Assembly (NCBI GenBank): GCA_012295275.1
Contig: CM022675.1
Coordinates: forward strand, 4,030,001 to 4,094,000
Reading direction: 5' to 3'
DNA: 64,000 bases
Origin: Chrysomallon squamiferum
Taxonomy: Eukaryota; Animalia; Mollusca
The translations under genes were made by a program, and so were the position numbers. Of this stretch, positions 29,741-64,000 are shown piece after piece (position 1 is the first letter of the stretch; each line of letters opens with the position of its first letter). Below the pieces are notes generated by a model, which was not told where the DNA came from, searched no databases, and saw nothing but the letters and a program-made list of their open reading frames with translations.

Positions 29741-30324
29741 CTTTTCTGCGTATTTTATTTTACAAAACAAAAACTTGGTAAAATTTTAAATCACAATTTT
29801 CTAGATTATGCTATAATAACAGTAAAAACGACCACTTTCTAAATATAACATATTTCAAATCGCATTTCTGGGTTTTTTCAAATATCCTATTTTATATATC
29901 TAAATTCACCTTTTAATTGACAATATGATTACAGTAAAAGATGTAATTTTTTAACTTGTACAGTTAAATGTATCAATGATTGATGAATGCCGAACCAAAA
30001 CGTTTATCTATGTGGTTCTAAACATTACCATACTGAATTTTCTTTCCTTGTGACATTGCTGGAACACACAAAACTCGATCATCCATAATTTGTGTTGTTC
30101 TGTAAATTTATTACTAATAGTGTGCTTGTATTGCAGGAAGTTAGCTCTGTGGTATGTAACATAACACCAAAGCAGAAAAAAAAAAAAAAAAAAAAAAAAT
30201 GGTTGCATTGCTAGATATTGCTCCTAATTGATATAAATTTTAATATTATATATATCTAATTTTATTTTTAGAATTTTTTAATATTCAATTCAACAGTTTC
30301 ATATATATATATATATATATAATG

Positions 30325-30363
<39 letters not shown>

Positions 30364-30863
30364 AATTTCATATATATATATATTATGAAACGAATGTTTA
30401 TTTTAGTTTCCTTAACTTATAGATAACGAAATATTCAAACATTTGAATATCGATATTTGAAAATTCAGTGAATTTTTGTTAGTGTACTGTGATTATTACT
30501 ATTACTGTACCACTACAGCTGCTATTATTACTACCAATAATGACTATTACACAACTAACAACACGGTAAAGTACAAATGCTACTATAGCTACTTCCCTTG
30601 CTACAACACTATAAACAATATTTTCTTCTTCCAAGTTATCTTTAAATATTAATTCATCCAATTCTCTCCTATCTGTGTTTGTAATTCCAGGAACTGTGTG
30701 TTCGGGATTGTTTGGCTACTACGCCGATCCGTCCGACTGTCGAGCTTTCTTCATCTGCAGCTGGGGAATCCCCTACAGATTCTACTGTCCACACGGGACA
30801 CTGTGGAACTCGGGCGAGGGTGTGTGTGACTGGACTCTCAACGTAGACTGCCTCAGCAAATAG
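23487..30863 (+). CDS. Secreted acidic Ser/Thr-rich mucin-like protein with C-terminal chitin-binding type-2 (CBM14/peritrophin-A) domain, ~1035 aa, 4 coding exons
   Basis: Exons 23487..23610, 26459..26647, 27043..29664 and 30691..30863. All introns are GT-AG and phase 1. Total 3108 nt = 1035 aa + TAG. Signal peptide MSSVWALMIMAALACHTFA. Last exon encodes VCSGLFGYYADPSDCRAFFICSWGIPYRFYCPHGTLWNSGEGVCDWTLNVDC with six Cys and aromatic spacing typical of CBM14. Confidence 0.9.
26459..26647 (+). CDS. Coding exon 2 of the chitin-binding gene
   Basis: ttacag|AC AAA GCG...CCT G|gtgtgt. 189 nt, phase 1/1, encodes DKADAIETVLRLLSDIDLPSICQAVMMDPQ... Confidence 0.8.
27043..29664 (+). CDS. Coding exon 3: 2.6-kb low-complexity acidic S/T-rich mucin-like region
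   Basis: Contains nearly all of the 877-aa ORF in the track. Acceptor ctttcag|, donor A|GTGAGT. No Cys, many N-x-S/T sequons. Confidence 0.92.
30691..30863 (+). CDS. Terminal coding exon: CBM14 chitin-binding domain
   Basis: ttccag|GA ACT GTG TGT..., 6-Cys peritrophin-A pattern, ends TAG. Confidence 0.92.
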
Positions 30864-31225
30864 ATTCAACTTCAATTATTCTGGGCAGGAATTAGATGCG
30901 GAAGTCCTGAATTAATTTATGCGAATCTAAACAGATCCTATTTTTCGTAAATCGTAATTGAGAATAAGGCTGCGTAACAAATCGATCAATTTTTAAGACC
31001 CTAAACTTTATGAAATTTCACATATGTCTATGTATGTCTGTGTGTTTTACGTAGGATGGTAAGTGAGCCAAAAAGAAATTAATAATAATAACAGTTTCTT
31101 ATCTCTGTTCATCTTTGATTAAAATGATGGGCAGGTTTAGAGTATATTTATAATTATAATATTCAGAATATTTAACGTTAACGCTAGCAAGACTAATCTA
31201 ACGTCAAACGAAAGAGCTTAAATGA

Positions 31226-31260
<35 letters not shown>

Positions 31261-32790
31261 CTTTTCAAATTCCGAAATCATTTCTATCAGTTAGAAACAA
31301 ATTCTTTCGATTTTTGAATCAATCAATGTTTGAAATGTTATGATAATAATTCTAAGCGAAATGTTGGCAGTTATTGAATTATAGCCGACTAAACTAATTG
31401 AATTATAGTCGACTAATGGCGGTCATATTTGTCTAACGCATTTGAAACTCCCCACATGAAAAACGAAAGTGGATGAAATGTATGAAGCTGATTCTGTGAA
31501 TTTATTGTCCCGGAGTCCAGATTATTAATATTATTATTATTATCATTCTTAACTAATTTTGTTGGTTTTATTAATTTTGTAACAAATATGATAACCGATC
31601 CTTTTACAAATCTAATATGAATTGTACGTCACGATTTTTTAAATTTTCTTATTTTTATATTTATATTTATATGTGTTCGTTGTACAGTTGTAAAATAATA
31701 TTTATATTTACGTTTCTAGATTTTGTGTTTATTTCTGATTTTTTTTTTTTTTGCAATCGTCTACCTGTTCTTCATGTAAAATGAAGCCAGATTACTCTGC
31801 CTTACAAAACAGTCCAATATCAAAATAAAATAATTATTGAAAATACTGAATGAAATTAATGATTGTTTCAGTATTCCATATCAATTTGTAATTTTTGTGC
31901 AGGTACGAATAGTAATTATTTTTAACACGTAAATGCTTTTGTAAGTAAGATATTAAAAATAATTATGTAATGAAAGTTTATCTTCTGGCACAGAACTAGG
32001 TTAAATTTACTACTTTTTAACATAAAACCGATCTCAATCCAATGGATATTCTTGATTTGAAAAATTCTTCTTTCGTTTTAATTCTTATGAATTTTTCATT
32101 ACTATATTTTCAGTAATAGGCTGATTAAAGAATTGGGTAATTAAAATTTAGACATTAAATGGACAATTTTTACTGCATCTGTCAAACAAAAATCATTTGT
32201 TTCTTTGGTCTATTTTTTTAATTTTTATTTTTTATTATTATTGTTTTTGTCATACTGCGGTTTGGGGAGATAAATTTTTATACTTATTTTTGTTACTTTT
32301 GTACATTAATTAACACTGACTTTTGTAAATAGAGATAATTGTGTACATACTTTTATACATTTTATATTATTTTTATATTGATTCATACTCTCGCGTCAGC
32401 TTTGTATATTTGCACATTTTTGTAACGAGCGAAATAAATAATGTATTAATAAAACTCTTTTTTGTTTTTTTATTATGTTACTTTGCATTTTACTTGTAAT
32501 TTAATCATTTCAACATCGGAGAAGAAGACAAATTAATAAAGACGTATAAAAATGAATTTCCTCTTTGCTCCTCTTTTTTTTTTTTTTTTTTTCTATCCCC
32601 TTAGCTTTTTTATTTTCTATACATACATACATACATACATACATGCATACGTACTTATATTAAAAGAAGAAAACGTTCTAAGGAAAATAAGCAAGAATTA
32701 AGAATGTTTACTTAAAATGAATACCATCCATTAACATGAAATCGTGTTGCTGGCTTTTTTTTTTTTTGTTTTTTTTTTTTTTTTTTTTTT

Positions 32791-32863
<73 letters not shown>

Positions 32864-33564
32864 CGTAAGACTATTTATTAACTGTTGAAGTACAAAAGGT
32901 ATATAAGGGTTTATAAGACCAACCTTAATTTCCGTTGACAAGGATTCGAGTAAATTACATGTTATAGCTTCGTTGCACAAACTGGTGAAATTTACAAACA
33001 GTGAAAACTGTGACAAGTCGTGTACAAACATCTGTCCCATTGTCTGCGCGAGTAACGCGTCTTCCCAGAACTATACAGGAAGTGTAAAACTTTCGTCTGC
33101 CTCACGTCTGCTGGATTAACTCCAGTTGTTTCCCTTTATTCAAAACGTGTAGTCTGTTTTCGTTTGCTTTCCCTTGACATCTTAAAAGATTTTCACTGTT
33201 TCGAGAACATGCAAAATAAGTCTTTGAAGTGGAATAGATAAATAAAATCAAGATTTTATTATTATTATTTTTTTAAATGTTTGGTTATGTTTTGTGGTTT
33301 TTCTCCCTCTTTCTGTGTTACAGAGACATTTTTGTTAGAATAATGTTAAATATTATTAAACTTTTGGTGGACAATATTTATAGATGGCTGAAGTATAATA
33401 AAAAAAAAGCTAAATTTTCTCTATTTTTTCTTTTTGTTTTTTTCTCTCTCTACCTCTCTGTTTTGGAGAAATAAGTTGAAATCAGAGTTAAATTTTTAAT
33501 GAATCCACGTGTACTATCCTTCTGTATGGATGATGAAACGGTACTAAGTTTTTCATCCAGTGGA

Positions 33565-38824
<5,260 letters not shown>

Positions 38825-41300
38825 ACATCATGGTTTGGTAATATGAACAACCATCCTTACCCTTATCAGTGTAAATCATAAAAAGTTCTGAAAAATGGGC
38901 ACAAAATAATTTAATTTGGAAGTTTAAACATTTCCGTGAGCTTACGGAAACATCCGATCGAAATCCAATATGGCACCGTCGAACGCCGATTAGTGTTTAT
39001 AAACTTTTAAATACGTATGCCTTCGTAATGCAATCAATTCTATATGTATTATTAAAAGTAATTTGGGGAAATATGTCATTTAATCAATGTCTCGTATACA
39101 CAGATGTCCATTACTGAGTAGAAATTGCTGCAAAGGTCGAAACCTTTTTTTCTTATTTTTGTTAACTTATATGTCATGCCGTCTCGTACACGTTTCGTAC
39201 TATATATTTTTTTACATGTTACAACGATGTCGCCAGCCAAAAAATAAAACAATAATAAAATAAAATAAAATAAATAATTTTCACAGACACTGGCGCGTGA
39301 ATATGAAGATGACTATTCTCATTAGGTACCATAATGTGGACACGTTACTCTGCTAAAACTCCACAGCGGACAGTTCTGAATTCATAGCTGTAATTCTTTT
39401 ATATATATATTTATTTCCATTTTCAATGCATTAGAGGACGTATTGACATGTAAAAAAAGCAAACTGATCACGTGTTATTTGAATGATTACCTTGATACAT
39501 TCATTATAACGCTTGAACCAGTTTTACTCCAGAAAATGTTTTCAAAATTTAAAGGTCCGTCAACCGGCCTTATAAAATTTTTCATTAAAAATTAAATTTT
39601 CACTCTTTCGTTAAAACAAAAAGCTTTCGACTTCTAAAACATGCACTATTATGTATGCAAACAATGAGTTTCCTATTTTTATATTTTAAAATAATCATTG
39701 GTCCATGCTACTGTTATAATGTCTTTTGTAAATAAAAGTGATTATTTATTTATTAACATATATTTTTTTTTTTTTTTTTTTTTTATTAGAAACAGTCTAA
39801 ATCTATGACAAAAAAGTTCGCCTGATGTAGTTATATTTAAAAACAAAAAAAAACAAAAAAGATAACACCAATTATAATGAATGACTGAAAATACCCATAC
39901 ATTTATAAAGTCGTATTATTAAATTCCTTTCTTTACTTGTGTTTTTTTTTTTGAGGAACGTTTGTTGTTATCCTGTGATCGTAAATATTCTCATGTTTTT
40001 GTTTTTGTTTAATAAACTGTGCGTGCAATTTATTTAAAATTCCAGTGGATTAATAACTAGCGAAAACCTAGTTTCTTACAAAATACAAGATTTAGTGGGC
40101 GAACTAGAATGTAGTAATTTTCGCGCGCAGAGACACAGACGTACGCTGCACAATACACACACATGCACAAGTATACACACAGAAAGACATGTACTCATAC
40201 ACTGAGAGTTGTGTTTTGTTGAACAAAAGAAGCAAAAACCTTTCTGCTGATTAAAATTGTTTGACATGACAAATATTTTATGGGAAAATTCATGTAATAG
40301 ATATAATAGGGAAAAATTTATATTGCTGTTTTATTTAACATAAATTCGTTGGCAATGTTGTTTTGGGTTTTTTTATTTTTATTTTTATTTATTTTTTATT
40401 TATTTATTTTTTATTATTTATTTATTATTATTTATTTATTTTTTTTTATTTTTTTTTTTTTTTTTACGTAAAATTAATCTATTATTGTTGTTGTTGTTTG
40501 TTGTTGTTATCTTATTTTATTTTAAATAAATTATGGCTCAGAAATTTTCTTTAGTTAATTTATTTTGTTACCTTTCGACACTTTTATTGCAGAATGACAA
40601 TTTAAAATGATCTTTATCTCATCGTTATATACTAAAAAATATCATATTTATTTTATTACATTTCATAAGTTAAGTTTATTATAAAAGGTAACAGTAAAAC
40701 TTTAACAAATCTGAAAGTTTAAATATCATTAAATGCTTAGATTTTATATGCAGTCATGTTTGTGAAAACTGATATTTAGCTACAATGTATGTTAATGATG
40801 ATTTATTCATTTCCCAATCCGAACAGGATTCTTAGATTTGTTACATGGTGTTGTATTGACTTTCCTGTTTATCGTTGAATGCATGAAAAAAATCATAAAA
40901 GTGTTTTCACTGAACTGTTAAATAAAATATTTTTTCTTAATTCTTCTTCAAGATATCAACATGAGCACATATAACATCTTTGGAAAACCTCATTTTGAAA
41001 ATCAATATTATAAGAAAAATATGTAATTATAACTTTTTTATATATATATATATATATATCACAAAAAGAGAAAAAAAAATTGGAATAAAAAATAATTTTA
41101 AAAATTCCTAAGACTGTTGAGAAATGTACAAGAATTAAAAAATAAAACAGTTTTAAAATATGTAAGATATTTATTTATTTATATATACGTATATATAATA
41201 TATATCACAATATACAGAGAAACACGTACGTGTGTTTCTTTCACAAAAAAATATTGCAGACTACCCATATTTGGTTGAGTTCATAGAACATTTGATTGTG

Positions 41301-41333
<33 letters not shown>

Positions 41334-42524
41334 TGATTTTAACATTCCTCCCAGACAAACACATACAAGACGTTTGATAAACAGATATACAAATCAAATT
41401 TACACACAAACACACATACATACAATGTTATATTAGTTGTCTAGTTTTTAACTAAACATTAAACAATGAAGTAAAATAAAAATCTAACAGAGGCCTACCA
41501 ATCTAAACTATGCGTTTCAAAATGGTGTTGAAATTATTTTTTGTGGGTGCAAGTTTTGGCAAAGAAAATAAAAACTGAACAGTTACCCAAAATATTTGTT
41601 TATTCATTAATGTTTCACTTCATAGTTTATGTTACCCGTTTTACTGGCTTGGTGGAGACAAGTGGATCCAGAAAGAAATGGGGGATGATGAGAAATGTCT
41701 GAATAAATTTCTTTAATGTTTAATTCGGAAATTTAAATAAATAAATAAGTAAATAAATAAATAAATAAATAAAAATGTTTAAATTAATTATTATTATTAT
41801 TATTATAATTTTTTTTTTTTTTTTTTTTGTCAAACTTTGTTATTTAAGATAGTATTTACAAAAATAATTGAAACCAAACCAAATTTAAAGAATTCGAGGT
41901 TCTCTCCAGAAGACTGGAACCACTTAAATCCAGAAGACTGGAACCACTTAAAACCACAAAACAATATAAACATAAGTAATATTAAAATAATAATAGCAGT
42001 AATTATTTTCATAAAAATAACACTTTTCTTAAAACTTGTTAACAGTGAACTGACTGTTTGACATGAGTTAAGTAACATTACTAGCTAGTCTCAACACACA
42101 GAGAAAAATCTGACTAAGAGTAACCTGTTCAAACCAAACACTGAATAAACCACTACTGTGTTTCTTAGTCTTCACTTTCATAACCTGTATCTGATGTATT
42201 AAAAATAATGGATACCATATTCTATGCTTCACATACATTAAGAAATTAAACTGGGAAAGTTGAACAAAATTTAAAAATAAAATAAAATAAAACTAATAAA
42301 TAAATAAATAAATAAATAAATAAAAAATAATTTGATGATTAGCAAGTTAAACGACTGAAGTAACAAAACAAATGAAAGTAAGACATTAATAAAAATAAAC
42401 AAATAGAGAATAACCTTATAATGCACCCACTGGAATATATTCATAAAGCCATTTTTTTTTTTTTTTTTAGTTCATTCCTTAATAAAAGCAGGCATAAAAC
42501 ACTGTCCAACATTTGATTTAACAA

Positions 42525-42558
<34 letters not shown>

Positions 42559-45500
42559 TATAAAATAAAAAAAAATAAAAATCCAAACTCATGTTAATAA
42601 TAATAATAATAATAACTCTGTGATCAGTGTTTACACCTGCTGAAAATAATTATGAAGAGGCATGAAACTGTTTTATTTATTTTCTTTCTTTTTAAATTAT
42701 TTTTTTAACTAAAATTATTTAATTATTGTAAAAAAATTTTTTTTTTTTTTTTTGGTTGATTATATTTCATTCTCCATGGTTGTTTTATTACTTCTTTTAT
42801 TCTGTTGTTTTTTTTACATTTCATAATTTCTTTTATAATTTATTAATTATTTAAAATATTAAAAACAAACACCTCCTTCATGATTATTTCCTAAAGACAA
42901 TATTTAAAAAAGAAAACAAAACAAAAAAAGAGACTGAAAAAGAAATTGCAAAGTTACATTTAAACCCTCTGTTAGTACATATGAACCCGTATACAGAACA
43001 TTCTTTTACTCATAATACCAGCCACCTGACTAAAGCAACAACTATATACTGTTTATGCAAGTGAATTTATAAAGAGGTGCTTTTAGACAAAATATTAAAA
43101 GCTGTTTGACCTGCCATTCCCCAACTTCTGGTACAAGTGGAAAAATACAGTGGGTAATAATAACTCACTGTTTAAAAAACAAACAAATTTGAAGAATGTT
43201 GATGTGGATACTAAGCTAAAATTAAGCTATCTATGAAAAGCACATTTCTAAATGTTCTTTTTTTCATGAAAGCATGTAAAACCACAATGTTAATTAAACT
43301 GACAAATGTAACAGAAAGTATTAAACAGATTTTACAAAATTGTTATTAAAAGGACTGTTTTAATCATAATCAAAATAATAATCAAAAATAAATAAATGTT
43401 TTAATATATTTGCTAGAAGAAAAAGAAAAACTTCTAGGTTTTCATAATATGCATTAAATTTAAAAAAAAAAAAAAAAAAAAAAATACAAGAGAAAACAAA
43501 AAACAGAATAGGTATCTAATATTCAAGCAGTTTTAGGTGACATACAATATAGTAATTATTAACAGAAAAGAACAAGCAAAAAAACAGCAAGAAATAGTTT
43601 TTTTTAAATAAATAAAAAAAATATATATATGTTAGTAGCTTATGAATTTTATCTTAAACTGACTAGAAAAATCTTTCTAAATGGCAAAAAATGTGTTTTT
43701 TGTTTTGTTTTTTAATTATTATTATCTGCAATTTTTGTTCTTTTCTGGATGTTATTTAACAAAAAAAAAAGAAAGAAAAAAGAACATTTAGTTTTGATAA
43801 TTAACACTCATGTGATAAATAACAAATATACACCTTAACAACCCCAAATTCCAAGAGAAAAATTATAAAAGGGTGGATTATATCAACAATGGCAATAATA
43901 GAGAAAAAAAATGATATTCAAATTAACTATTTTCAAACTATGAAATGTAATTTTATAAACAGCTGTTAAAAAAAAAAAAAAAAAAAAAAAAAATCTATAA
44001 TTATTTTATTTCACTTTATTACTATCTTAAAATTTATTGTTACTTTGTTTTTACATTATTCTAATATTTGCTTTATTTTTATTTAATTTTTATTTAATTT
44101 TTCTTTTTTAATTATACTTATAAAATAATAATAAAACATAATATAATTATAAAAGATTTATAATTCTACCAAAAATGCCACGATCAAACCCCACCACCTT
44201 AAAATATTCTCAATGGAAATAATATAACAGGGAAGACAATCACCTGTAAGATTAAATATGATAAATGTTTCATAAAGCAGTATTCTCAGTATGTGATTTA
44301 CAAAAACTTGTTTGAGAGAGAGAGATACTTTAACATTAAATGTGGTTTTAGAATAAAATAAAGTTTACAATGAAATGAATTTCTCAAACAAAAATATAAT
44401 AAAAATTTAAAATAGAAAAAAAAAAATATTGTTGAAGTATAAAAGTCATTTTGACTGAGGTGTTCACAAAGACAAATTCAGTTACACACACAACAAGATG
44501 GTTTGATGAATCACATAGTGTGAAGACAGCTTAAACAATACAGTTTGTATGCACGAATATAAACAAAACATCTGCTTTAAAATCATTCTGCCCTTGTTAG
44601 CATTTGCACAATGTATATAACAATAATCAGCAACTTTGACAAATGCAAAAATCAATAATAACACAATTACTATTAAAAAGACATCAACAACATACCGGTA
44701 CCCTTTGTTATATAAAGTAATATTGGTACAAAAATATAAATTTGTTTTTATTCACAATAAATTCCAGTTTGTTAAATATAATATCTCTACAAATCTATTT
44801 CTAAAACCCATATTTACAATTAACAAATAAATATTTTCTTGCAATAATAACTACATTACTGCTTTGTATGATTTTTGATTTTTGATTTTTATTTTTTTTT
44901 CTATTTTTTTTTTTTGTATCTTTGTCATTATTATTATAAAGAAAACGTTTTTTTAGGACAATTCAATTTATTTTTGGAATTTTATGTCTTTTACACAATG
45001 TAAATAAATGATATATGATTCCAAATCATTTTTTGGTTTTTTTTTTTTCTTTTTTTTTTTTTTAAATAATGCATATAATTACAGACTTAAATTTTCTACT
45101 CTTTTCAGTTAATATATTTTCTTTTAAAAACATAGTACATAATTATAAACAGAAGCTGCGTATTAATTTAAATCTTAGTTTTACTTACAAAACAATTTAT
45201 TAAACATTTTACAATTCAGCTAAAAACATTGTCTCGATCATAAATATAAAATGAATTATTATAGAAAGCAAATGTAATGCAACTTTGTATTATTACAATA
45301 AATGTAAGAGCGAAAAAAAAAAAATAGTTATTACTATGTATGCATGATACTGAAGTATCTCTATTAAAATTAATCTATAAGCATTATTCTGAAATACTTC
45401 TTTTTTAAAATTAAGCAGCCTTACTAAAATATTAGAGGTTGACATGCAGTTGTATAATATTAGAATCAGTGATTTTTAAAATTTTTGACATTGACACATC

Positions 45501-46355
45501 ATTGATATGAATGCTGCTTAATTTTAAATGCACTACATTTTAAATTATGTTCTCTATTAAAATATTTATACTGTTGTCCCTTGATTAGAAAGTCATCTGA
45601 TCAATGAAAAAATATATTAATTATTTTCTGCAAAAGGTTTCATTTTTTTATTATTATTATTAATATAATTTAAAAAAAAATAAGGTATAACTTTCAGAAA
45701 GATACTTTTATATTAATGCATGACAGCAAAACAGACATGAAATATGAGAAGTACATGCATGTATCACAAGATCAGTTTGTTTAAATAAATATAAAAAAGA
45801 AAGATTGGCTTTTTGATATTTATCCATTTTATGCTAAAGTTACTGTTGTTTATTTTGAAATTTACTTAAAATTTATTTACCATATGCTGCAGCAATAGCA
45901 TAAAAAAAAAAAACTGAAATTGGGTAATATAACAATAATTTGATTACCAAGGACTGTGAAATGTTAGTGATGAAATAATTCAGAAGCTGTCTAGATTTAA
46001 TCTGATCTTTTTTCACTAATGAGTAAACTGAAAAATTGTTCTAATTAACCAAGGGACAAAGTAAAATGAATATTTATCAAAATCATCATCAACAGATTTA
46101 TTATTTTCTAAAAAAAACCACCCAGTCTATTCCACTCAAATAACAACTACAAAAGAAAATTCATACAAAATACATGTAAAAATATAAACAACAATTTCAC
46201 ACTTTTTGATTTCTGGTGATCACTTTCATGTGATGGAAATATAAAAATACTCAGTCTATGATGATAAGGTAATTATAAAAATATAAATGTCTGTTATAGA
46301 TAATATTTACATATTTTGGTAATATAACTTTTTGAGAATTCTGTAAAAACGTAGG

Positions 46356-63707
<17,352 letters not shown>

Positions 63708-64000
63708 CTGAAGCAAAAATTTATTATTTAAAAAACTGAGGCTTTTTTCCTAATTTCTTCTTCTTCTTTTCTTCATCATTTAATAATCAACTTGTTATTT
63801 ACCTCATTTTAACAATAATATAAAAGCTAAGAAATGTATTATCATCATCAAGTCAAAAATGATAATGATTTTTTAATTAAAAAAATAAATTAATTTAAAA
63901 AAATAAATTAATAAAAATAAATAAATTGTTATTCTCTTAAACATATATAACAGTAACACTATATTAACAATAGTAACAATAAAAACAATAGCAAATAATA

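Noticed and set aside
41906-41953. 24-bp direct duplication (CCAGAAGACTGGAACCACTTAAAT x2), and similar 50-64-bp doublets at ~51530 and ~49730
   Set aside because: Ordinary local slippage duplications in non-coding DNA.

Overview
AT-rich, microsatellite-dense animal genomic DNA with spliceosomal GT-AG introns. It is probably an invertebrate, and mollusc-like is only an inference. Two convergent protein genes can be built by hand. (1) On the + strand is a complete ~1035-aa secreted protein: signal peptide, ~870-aa acidic Ser/Thr-rich mucin-like body with 7x14-aa repeats, and one C-terminal 6-Cys CBM14/peritrophin-A chitin-binding domain (CDS 23487..30863). It has a probable TATA promoter and non-coding first exon near 17.5 kb. 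(2) On the - strand are the last 25 exons (~1180 aa) of a type-I membrane protein: ~20 EGF/cbEGF modules, a SEA-like domain, TM helix and cytoplasmic tail (46356..63707, 5' end outside the window). Gene 2 carries a near-identical tandem triplication of a two-EGF-exon cassette and an apparent 1-nt frameshift in a G-run of its tail. Three tRNA-Ile(AAT) genes are present, two antisense within the putative first intron of gene 1. A ~2.6-kb tandem duplication lies between the genes, with several minisatellites and fold-back elements elsewhere. No prokaryotic system, CRISPR array or autonomous transposon is visible. Most short ORFs in the track are microsatellite artefacts.
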